Source: Ginsengibacter sp. (GTDB lineage: Bacteria; Bacteroidota; Bacteroidia; Chitinophagales; Chitinophagaceae). From it: 64,000 bases of DNA. Where the stretch lies: NCBI GenBank assembly GCA_039918315.1, contig JBDSHT010000010.1, positions 8,355-72,354 of the forward strand, written 5' to 3'. The notes beneath the pieces are model-generated. The model was not told the DNA's origin, ran no database searches, and saw nothing but the letters and a program-made list of their open reading frames with translations. Shown here piece after piece: positions 40,120 to 48,222 of this stretch. The position numbers were made by a program, and so were the translations under genes. Each line of letters begins with the position of its first letter. Within the stretch, counting starts at the first letter, position 1.

Positions 40120-40821
40120 ATGATTAAACAACTTTCAAGAATAAAGCCGATTGAAACCTTATCCCAGGTTGATAGAATAGAAAAAGCACTGGAGGAATAT
40201 TTAAAAAATGAAAAACTCTCTCCAGGCGACCCGCTGCCTAAGGAAATGGAGTTGGCCAAGGCTATGGGAGTAAGCAGAACTGCCCTTCGGGAAGCGATTT
40301 CGAGATTCAAAAATTTGGGCATCATCGAATCAAGAAAAAACAGAGGAATGATCGTTGTGCAACCTGACCTACTTAACAATATGGAACGCATTTTCGACTC
40401 TCAACTCCTTAACAGCACCACTATGAAAGAGATTTTTGAGCTTCGCTTAGTTATTGAGTTGGGGCTTCCAGATTTTGTTTTCCTGAATAAAACTGAAGCT
40501 GGTATATTGAAACTAGAAGAAATTGTAGAGCGGGAAGAAAATAGTAGCGATAAGATTATTAAACTGAAATGTGATATTGAATTTCACTCTACTTTGTATA
40601 GTTTATCAGGCAATGAAACTATCATCCGCTTTCAAAAAATACTTCTACCCGTTTTTGGATACGTTGATAACAGTATACCATCTAATGCTTCCGGAGAAGG
40701 CGCTACAACTGTTTCGCATCGACAATTGCTTAACATACTAATAAATGGCACACCAGAAGAATTCAGGTTAGCCATGAGAAACCATTTATCTAGTTATTTT
40801 AAAAAAATAGAATCGTATTAG
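40120..40821 (+). CDS. FadR/GntR family transcriptional regulator
   Basis: PGDPLPKEMELAKAMGVSRTALREA HTH; ELRLVIE and DIEFH in the FCD domain. Confidence 0.92.
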   Translation: MIKQLSRIKPIETLSQVDRIEKALEEYLKNEKLSPGDPLPKEMELAKAMGVSRTALREAISRFKNLGIIESRKNRGMIVVQPDLLNNMERIFDSQLLNSTTMKEIFELRLVIELGLPDFVFLNKTEAGILKLEEIVEREENSSDKIIKLKCDIEFHSTLYSLSGNETIIRFQKILLPVFGYVDNSIPSNASGEGATTVSHRQLLNILINGTPEEFRLAMRNHLSSYFKKIESY

Positions 40822-40871
40822 TCATTATTCTATCTGCTATCCAAAAATAGACCTGAAAATAAAAACTATAA

Positions 40872-40896
40872 ACATGTATTACATATCCTATCTTTG
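40872..40896 (+). promoter_or_regulatory. Operator plus Bacteroidota -7 box for the rightward operon
   Basis: ACATGTATTACATA at 40872-40885; TATCTTTG at 40889-40896. Confidence 0.75.
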
Positions 40897-40911
40897 TTAG
40901 AAAACTGAGAT

Positions 40912-41772
40912 ATGTATAAACTGTCTGGGGTGATTGTGGCTATACCAACCCCACTTTTGAAAAATGAAGATATTGATATCGCTTCTGTAAAAAAACTAGT
41001 AGATCATTGTATTGCCGAAGGTGCAAATGGCCTTATGATCTTAGGCAGCATGGGAGAGGGTGTTTCTATCACGGACACGCAAAAACAGTTGCTTGTAAAT
41101 ACTATTGTTGATCATAATAACAGTAGAATAAAGATCATGGGCGCGTCTTCTACTCCCTCTACAAGAAGATGTATAGAAGAACTGAAAAAAATGGAGAGCT
41201 GGGGATTGGATGCGTTGGTATGTACAACACCATCGTATTATAAGTACCCCGATATGCAAAGCATGATCAGCCATGTAGAGGCTGCAAGCAAAGCTGTTTC
41301 TCTACCCTTGGTATTTTACAATTCCCCAGGCTTTAGCGGTAATACCGTAGATGTGCAAACATTAGATACAATTATCAATATGGATAATGTAATTGGCATT
41401 AAAGATTCAAGCGGAAATTTTGGTGCCTTTACGGAATTATTGCGTAGGTACCCAGATAAAAACACTCGTCCTGCGAGTATTATGCAGGGGGATGAATCGG
41501 TGTATGATGCCAGTTTGCTAATGGGTGCAGATGGTATGGTGTCAGGCGGGGGGGTATTATACATCAGTTTATTAAGAAAACTATATGAAGCAGGAATCAA
41601 TGGTGATAAAGAAATAGCAATGAAATATCAAAAAGAATTTTGGCCTTCTCTATTTAAACTTATCAATCCCAACCCAATGCGAAACTGGATTTATAACATA
41701 AAAAAAGAAATGGTGGAAAGAAAAATAATTGATCACGCTTTTGTTACTTCTCCCTTTTTAATGACTGAGTAA
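40912..41772 (+). CDS. DapA/NanA family class I aldolase
   Basis: GSMGEG, PSYY, FYNSP, GIKDSSG, QGDE. Confidence 0.88.
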   Translation: MYKLSGVIVAIPTPLLKNEDIDIASVKKLVDHCIAEGANGLMILGSMGEGVSITDTQKQLLVNTIVDHNNSRIKIMGASSTPSTRRCIEELKKMESWGLDALVCTTPSYYKYPDMQSMISHVEAASKAVSLPLVFYNSPGFSGNTVDVQTLDTIINMDNVIGIKDSSGNFGAFTELLRRYPDKNTRPASIMQGDESVYDASLLMGADGMVSGGGVLYISLLRKLYEAGINGDKEIAMKYQKEFWPSLFKLINPNPMRNWIYNIKKEMVERKIIDHAFVTSPFLMTE

Positions 41773-41777
41773 GAAAT

Positions 41778-42725
41778 ATGGATAAACCTGACAACAAAAC
41801 CATTGCAGTAATTGGCTGCGGCACAATGGGGCATAGTATTGCGCTCAATGCTGCATGGGCAGGGCTGTCAGTCAAGCTATATGGAATAAATGAAAACCTA
41901 CTTGCTACCGCGACACAATCAATAGCTCAAAAACTTCAATTACTTTGTGAACATCAACTCATCAATAAAGAAGAAATTAATGCAATCAGCAATTTTATAG
42001 AAACAACTGTTTCTATTGAAGAGGCTTCTGCTAAAGCAAATTTTATAATAGAAGCTACTCCTGAAAATGTGAGTCTCAAAAAAGAAATCTTTGCCAAAAT
42101 AGAAAGTAATTGTGCAACCGACGTAATAATAGCCAGTAGCACTTCGGGTCTTGACCCAAATAAACTGGCAAATTCGATGAAAAACCCTGAAAGGTTTATT
42201 GTGCTTCATTTCTGGAATCCTGCACATTTAATTCCTTTAGTAGAAGTAGCAGTTTGTGACAAAACAAATAAAATGACCATTGCCAAAGCGTCATCACTGT
42301 TGCAAACAATGAAGAAGAAAGCTGTATTTCTCAAAAAGAATGTGCCGGGTTTTATTGCCAACCGCTTACAATTTGCCCTGCTCAGGGAAGCTCAATATTT
42401 ATTTGAAGAAGGTGTGGCAAGCAAAGAAGATATTGATGCTGCTGTTAATTATAGCATTGCCAGGCGACTCACCTGCACCGGCCCGTTACTTTCTGCCGAT
42501 ATGGGCGGGTTAGATGTGTATGCATCTATCAGCAACTATTTGATAAAAGATTTGTGTGTAGCAAAACAGCCGGCATCTTCCTTAACACAATTAGTAAGCG
42601 AAAATAAATTGGGACAAAAAAACGGGCGAGGATATTACGAGTGGAGCAAAGAATTTTCTGCAAGCATGAATGAAAAAAGAGAAGAAGAATTAATACGATT
42701 TTTAAAAAAAGATACCAACTTATAA
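41778..42725 (+). CDS. 3-hydroxyacyl-CoA dehydrogenase family
   Basis: GCGTMG, EATPE...K, SSTS, HFWNPAHLIPLVEV, PGFIANRLQ. Confidence 0.88.
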   Translation: MDKPDNKTIAVIGCGTMGHSIALNAAWAGLSVKLYGINENLLATATQSIAQKLQLLCEHQLINKEEINAISNFIETTVSIEEASAKANFIIEATPENVSLKKEIFAKIESNCATDVIIASSTSGLDPNKLANSMKNPERFIVLHFWNPAHLIPLVEVAVCDKTNKMTIAKASSLLQTMKKKAVFLKKNVPGFIANRLQFALLREAQYLFEEGVASKEDIDAAVNYSIARRLTCTGPLLSADMGGLDVYASISNYLIKDLCVAKQPASSLTQLVSENKLGQKNGRGYYEWSKEFSASMNEKREEELIRFLKKDTNL

Positions 42726-43666
42726 TGGAGTATATCAATCATAACAATCATTCTATTTCAAAACTTACCCTGGGTACAGTAGCCTTGGGTTTGGAATATG
42801 GCATTTCAAATAATGAAGGTAAACCATCTTTAGAACAAAGCGATTCAATCATCAGTGCAGCAATAAGTGCAGGCATCAATATGCTTGACACCGCCGCCAC
42901 TTATGGAAATGCAGAAGAAATCATTGGGGGATATTTCGTTAATCATCCTAATGACAGTTGCAGGATTGTTACAAAATTCACTATAAGCAATGAAAATTTA
43001 ATCAGTCCCGAAAAGGCAAAAGCTCAGGTATATGCGAGCGTAAAACAATCTCTGAAAAACCTCCATACGGCCAAAATTTACTGTGTTCTCTATCACAAAC
43101 CAGAAGAGCAGCCAATGGAGAAAATAATACACGTTCTTCGTCCTATTGTTGAAGATTTAAAAAATGACGGATTAATTGAAACAGCAGGAATATCTGTATT
43201 CTATCCGCAGGAAGCAGCCAGCATTATCAAAGAAGATTTCTTGCAAGCAGTGCAATTGCCTATCAATATCATGGATACGAGACTGTGCGACAACGGCAAC
43301 CTAAATGAATTAAAGCAATACAATAAGTTGGTTTTTGCCCGGAGTATCTTTTTACAGGGATTATTTTTTATGAACCCCGATGATCTAAAAGGGAATTTGG
43401 TTGATGCCAAACCCTTTTTATTAAAACTCAAAGAAATAGCGCAGCAAGCGAATCTTAGCGTAGCCGAGTTGGCATTCGCCTATGTGAGGGACTTGAATGG
43501 AATAAGCAGTCTTATTTTTGGAGCAACGGAAAAGAGCCAGGTGAAAGAAAATGTCGAACTCTTAAAAATAAAAAAATTAGATCCGGCATTTATTCGACAA
43601 ATTCAAGTTCAATTCTCTAAAATACCCGCACATATTCTTATTCCCAGTTTTTGGAAAGAATCATAA
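42725..43666 (+). CDS. Aldo/keto reductase
   Basis: LGTVALGLEYG, DTAATYGNAE, VTK, ARSIFLQG. Confidence 0.88.
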   Translation: MEYINHNNHSISKLTLGTVALGLEYGISNNEGKPSLEQSDSIISAAISAGINMLDTAATYGNAEEIIGGYFVNHPNDSCRIVTKFTISNENLISPEKAKAQVYASVKQSLKNLHTAKIYCVLYHKPEEQPMEKIIHVLRPIVEDLKNDGLIETAGISVFYPQEAASIIKEDFLQAVQLPINIMDTRLCDNGNLNELKQYNKLVFARSIFLQGLFFMNPDDLKGNLVDAKPFLLKLKEIAQQANLSVAELAFAYVRDLNGISSLIFGATEKSQVKENVELLKIKKLDPAFIRQIQVQFSKIPAHILIPSFWKES

Positions 43667-43691
43667 TTTATCACTCATAAATAGTTTAAAC

Positions 43692-45590
43692 ATGCGAAAA
43701 AAAATTCTCGGACCCCTCTTCGGTAAAACAAATCTACTGCTTTGTGCAATCCTTTTATTGCTTTCTTTGTATGCCCCGGTAAACGCGGATGCGCAAAAAA
43801 AACTGCTAACACCTAATGAATTTAAAGAAAAACTTAAAGGACCTATTCTCTCCACCATTACTGCCTTTAATAAAAATTATGACATTGACTACGATGGTAT
43901 GCGAAAAGTTATTAAGCGGGCATTGGATTACGACTGCAAGGTAGTGACTGTAACAGCTGGAAATAGCCGTTATGATCGCCTTACCTACACAGAAGCTAAA
44001 CAATTAGCAAAATTCTACCGTACAGAGGTTGACAACAGGGCAATATTCATAGCCTCTTCAGGCGTATGGCCTGTTGATTCTGTCATGGACTATGCAAAAT
44101 ACGCTGAAGAAATTGGCGCGGACGCTCTAATGGTTATCCGGCCCCAAGGCTATGATAACAATACTTCCATAGACAGCATGGTTAATCTTTATAAAAAAAT
44201 TGCTGCTACTACTAAACTTGGACTGGTACTTCATGGTTACTTTTCAGAAGAATTATTGCGTGAGCTTGTAAAAATCCCCTCTGTGGTTGCCATGAAAGAC
44301 GATATGCCTGATTTGAGCTTTTTAATTCATCGTCTCGTCATGTTTGGTGATAGACTCGCCATCTTCCCCGGGGCCTCAGATGCAAGAATGATTACCGGTA
44401 AAAAGTTTGGAGCTCCCGCATATTTCAGCGTGCTGTATTCTATTGCTCCGCAAATAGGATTAAAATTCTGGAATGCTATTAAAAACGATGACTATAAAAA
44501 AGCGCTGGAAATTGCCAATGCAACCGATATTCCATTTATTAAAAAATTCAGTTTCCCATTTTGGGCTGCGGCTATTGAATACAGCGGCGGCTCTCAGCGT
44601 TATATACGTCCACTAAAAGAAGAATTAAACGATAAACAATTTAAAAATATGCAAAAAGACATTGATTCTCTTAATATATTAATTGAGCCCTCTGCTTACA
44701 AAGCAACAACCAAACAAGGTACACACATGCCTTTTGAATGGCGCCGGGCGGGACACGCCGGAGGAATCGTAAACGGAAACATCGTAATAACGGGAGGAAA
44801 TAATTGGAACGTTGAAAAAACAAACCGGCACTTTTTCAACACAAGTGCAATTTTTAAAAATGGAAAATGGGTTTCGGGTCCTAATCTTCCAATTGCATCT
44901 TGCTATCCTGCATTTGCTTATGATGCAAGCGGTTTATATATTGCTGGCGGCACTTCCGATGGAAATACAATATTGGATGGATTTTATAAACTAAGCAGTT
45001 TGAAGCAAGGGTGGGAAAAACTACCGTCGCTGCCTGTACCAGTTCAATTAGCCAGAGGCACCATTTGCGATGGGAAATTTTATATAGCCTGCGGTCAGAA
45101 TGATAAAACCAAATCAAACAAAATGTGGATGTTTGATTTGGAGCATACTAGCAAAGGATGGAAAGAATGTTCGGCCCTGCCAGGAGAAGGAAGAATATTA
45201 CCTGGGTTTGTAACGATCAAAAACTCTTTATATCTGCTGGGCGGAAGTGGCAATACCAATTTAAATGATGCGTATCGATATGATACGAAGAATAACAGTT
45301 GGGAAAAATTGGCTGACCTTCCCGTTATTGGCTATGCATGGTCATTCCAGCCTTTAAGCGACGATGAATTACTTGTAGTAGGAAGGGCACCGGGCGACTT
45401 AAGCGACATAGGAGTATTGGACTTAAAAAAAATGCAATATAATAATATTGGCAGACTATCATTTCCAGGCACCGTATCACCTCTGCTAAAGATATCAGAA
45501 AATGAATATTGGTTAGTAGGGGGTGAACCCGATGCCAATAAAAACAGGAGCGAAAAGGTAAACGTAATTACAGTTACAAAATCTAAATAA
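43692..45590 (+). CDS. Secreted fusion: DapA/NanA-like aldolase domain plus Kelch (NanM-like) propeller
   Basis: Signal peptide ending ADA-Q; TAGNS and VAMKDD in the N-terminal half; repeated GG...W..LP Kelch motifs in the C-terminal half. Confidence 0.78.
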   Translation: MRKKILGPLFGKTNLLLCAILLLLSLYAPVNADAQKKLLTPNEFKEKLKGPILSTITAFNKNYDIDYDGMRKVIKRALDYDCKVVTVTAGNSRYDRLTYTEAKQLAKFYRTEVDNRAIFIASSGVWPVDSVMDYAKYAEEIGADALMVIRPQGYDNNTSIDSMVNLYKKIAATTKLGLVLHGYFSEELLRELVKIPSVVAMKDDMPDLSFLIHRLVMFGDRLAIFPGASDARMITGKKFGAPAYFSVLYSIAPQIGLKFWNAIKNDDYKKALEIANATDIPFIKKFSFPFWAAAIEYSGGSQRYIRPLKEELNDKQFKNMQKDIDSLNILIEPSAYKATTKQGTHMPFEWRRAGHAGGIVNGNIVITGGNNWNVEKTNRHFFNTSAIFKNGKWVSGPNLPIASCYPAFAYDASGLYIAGGTSDGNTILDGFYKLSSLKQGWEKLPSLPVPVQLARGTICDGKFYIACGQNDKTKSNKMWMFDLEHTSKGWKECSALPGEGRILPGFVTIKNSLYLLGGSGNTNLNDAYRYDTKNNSWEKLADLPVIGYAWSFQPLSDDELLVVGRAPGDLSDIGVLDLKKMQYNNIGRLSFPGTVSPLLKISENEYWLVGGEPDANKNRSEKVNVITVTKSK

Positions 45591-45661
45591 TTAACCGGCC
45601 AATTAAAAAATTTACCCTCCCCTAAAAATAATTCAATCACTAGTTTTAAAATAAATTAACA

Positions 45662-46813
45662 ATGAAATACTTTTTGCACATTTATATACTGCTATTCCTG
45701 TTTGGCTGCAAAGCTGTTAAGGAAAGTTCATCAAGTGGTTCCCAGGCAACTTCATCCACCAAAGGATGGAAACTTGTTTCAGACAATAAATATCTTGTTC
45801 GGAATAACGTAACAGAAATGCCTTCTCTTAAATTAAACGCTATATTAAAATTACAAAACGGATCATTGCTCATTATTGACAGTAACCGCGTTTTTACAAG
45901 TTTTGACGAAGGGAAATCCTGGACGTCTCATACGGTATTTGCAGATACCAATACTTTTAACATTGCACCGGGAAGATTAATCCAAACAAAGAGTGGCGCA
46001 ATTGTTTTTTCGTTTTCAAACTGGAAAGAGAAACAGTCGGATGAATTAAAAGCAATATATGGGCCAGCTAAAGCCATCTTGCCTACTTATGCCATGAGGA
46101 GTTTAGACGGTGGAGAAACCTGGACCAATATACAGAAGTTGCATGATGACTGGACCGGTGCTAATATGGATATGATATTAACAAAAAAAGGAAACGTTGT
46201 ATTCACTTCCATGAAGTTGAGGTCAAATCCGATGCATCATGTAATCATCACTTATACCTCAAAAGATGAAGGAGTAACCTGGACAGAAAGCAATACGCTT
46301 GATTTTGGAGGTGTAGGACATCATGCAGGGGTAATGGAACCGACCATTATACAATTGAACAATGGCAAAATATGGATGCTTATGCGCACCAACTGGGAAT
46401 ATTTCTGGGAGGCTTTTTCGGACGATGAAGGTCTTACCTGGAAAGACGTGAAAGTAACCAAGATTGATGCGAGTTCATCGCCCGGGGAGTTAAAACGTTT
46501 GCAAAGCGGAAGGATAGTTCTCGTATGGAACAGGCTTTATCCTGAGGACAAAAAAATCAAGTACCTAATCAGGCCGGGAAATGGTGAATTTTCTGAAAGA
46601 AGCACCAACTGGCATAGAAATGAACTCAGTATTATGTTCTCGGACGATGATGCTAAAACATGGAGTAAACCAAAAGTATTTGCAAAAACAACCAAAGACG
46701 AGCAACAACTCTGCTACCCATTTGTATCTGAAGTTTCGCCCGGTAAATTATGCATCGTCACACGCTTCGGAGCCGAATTAAAAATCATGCTGAATGAAAA
46801 AGATTATTTATAA
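45662..46813 (+). CDS. Asp-box (BNR) sialidase-like lipoprotein
   Basis: LFGC lipobox, five Asp-boxes, HDDWTGAN and WMLMRTNW shared with 34010..35179. Confidence 0.85.
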   Translation: MKYFLHIYILLFLFGCKAVKESSSSGSQATSSTKGWKLVSDNKYLVRNNVTEMPSLKLNAILKLQNGSLLIIDSNRVFTSFDEGKSWTSHTVFADTNTFNIAPGRLIQTKSGAIVFSFSNWKEKQSDELKAIYGPAKAILPTYAMRSLDGGETWTNIQKLHDDWTGANMDMILTKKGNVVFTSMKLRSNPMHHVIITYTSKDEGVTWTESNTLDFGGVGHHAGVMEPTIIQLNNGKIWMLMRTNWEYFWEAFSDDEGLTWKDVKVTKIDASSSPGELKRLQSGRIVLVWNRLYPEDKKIKYLIRPGNGEFSERSTNWHRNELSIMFSDDDAKTWSKPKVFAKTTKDEQQLCYPFVSEVSPGKLCIVTRFGAELKIMLNEKDYL

Positions 46814-46824
46814 AAATATCAATC

Positions 46825-48135
46825 ATGCAAATAAACAGGTATCGCCAGTCGAAAGAATTATTAGAACGTTCAAAAAAAGTTTTGGCTGGTGGTGTCTCAT
46901 CGGAATTTAGAAAATATAATCACCCCCATGCAATTTTTTATTCGCATGGTAAGGGATCCAAGATTTACGATGTGGACGGAAATGAATATTTAGATTTTAC
47001 TTTGAGCCAGGGGCCGCTAATCTTAGGACATTCGCCAGAAAAGGTATTAAAGGCGGTAAGCGATTACTCGGTTCAGGGCCAAATTTTTGCAGGGCAGCAT
47101 ATACAGGAACTGGAACTGGCAGAAAAAATTCAAAGTATTGTCCCCTCTGCGGAGCGGATGCGTTTTTGCCTGGATGGTTCTGAAGCGGTACAGACAGCTT
47201 TTCGTGTGGCACGCGCTAAAACAGGCCGTCAAAAATTTTTAAGATTTGAAGGACATTATCATGGATGGATGGATAATGTTTGCTGGGGGATTTCCTGTCC
47301 TGATGAAAATGCCCTGGGCACCAGAGAAAATCCAAATGTATTTGCGTGGTCCCAGGGATTACCCAATAACTCGAGGGAAGATTTTATCATTCTGCCATGG
47401 AACGATTTAGAGTTAGTGAAAAAGAAATTGGAAACCGAAGGGCATAATATTGCCGCGGTCATCACCGAAGCCGTAATGTGTAACAGCGGTTGCATCCCTC
47501 CAGCAAGAGGTTTTCTGCAAGGGCTTAGAGACTTATGTACACAATACGGAATTGCATTTATTCTGGATGAAGTAATAACTGGATTTCGTTTATCACTCGG
47601 CGGTGCACAACAATACTTTAACCTACAACCCGATTTATCGATTTTTGCAAAAGCGATGGGCAATGGTTATCCTATAAGTGCCATTGTGGGCAAACAGGAA
47701 TGGATGCAATTGATTGAAGAAGGAAAAGTAATTCACGCAGGTACTATGAATGCAGGCCATCCTTCTGTAGCGGCAGCGTTAGCTACCATAAATATTTTAC
47801 AACAGGAACAACCTTATGACAGAATGTTTATGCTGGGCAAAAAATTAATGGATGGATTACAAAATGCTGCAAAAAATGCCAATCAGAATTTATTAGTTCA
47901 AGGGATGGGCCCGATGTTCAGCACAACGTTTACCACCCTAAAGGCAAATAGGGATTACCGTGATACTTTACACAGCGACAAAGCAAAACTTGGAAAATTT
48001 ATTGCCGCAATGCATGATATGGGCATACGAATTATTGGCCGGGGTTTATGGTATATCAGCGCAACACATTCAGAAGAGGATATTGATCGTGCAATAGAGG
48101 TAGCTACTAAAGTATTTCATGTATTGGATAAATAG
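46825..48135 (+). CDS. Class III PLP aminotransferase (HemL-like)
   Basis: DVDGNEYLD, GSEA, GHYHG, DEVITGFR, FAKAMGNG, GT. Confidence 0.88.
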   Translation: MQINRYRQSKELLERSKKVLAGGVSSEFRKYNHPHAIFYSHGKGSKIYDVDGNEYLDFTLSQGPLILGHSPEKVLKAVSDYSVQGQIFAGQHIQELELAEKIQSIVPSAERMRFCLDGSEAVQTAFRVARAKTGRQKFLRFEGHYHGWMDNVCWGISCPDENALGTRENPNVFAWSQGLPNNSREDFIILPWNDLELVKKKLETEGHNIAAVITEAVMCNSGCIPPARGFLQGLRDLCTQYGIAFILDEVITGFRLSLGGAQQYFNLQPDLSIFAKAMGNGYPISAIVGKQEWMQLIEEGKVIHAGTMNAGHPSVAAALATINILQQEQPYDRMFMLGKKLMDGLQNAAKNANQNLLVQGMGPMFSTTFTTLKANRDYRDTLHSDKAKLGKFIAAMHDMGIRIIGRGLWYISATHSEEDIDRAIEVATKVFHVLDK

Positions 48136-48222
48136 TTTTACTCTACTCAAATCTGAAATTAATATTGCTTGAAAACCTTTAAGTTGAGAGCCAAATATCC
48201 TTCTTAAAAAAAATCAATCTAT

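Noticed and set aside
40912-48135. Biosynthetic dapA and hemL
   Set aside because: No lysine or tetrapyrrole genes nearby; both lie in a catabolic operon
12470-48135. Antibiotic or secondary-metabolite biosynthetic cluster (kinase, aminotransferase, SDRs)
   Set aside because: No nucleotidyltransferase, glycosyltransferase, synthase or NRPS/PKS; SusC/D and hydrolases point to uptake and breakdown
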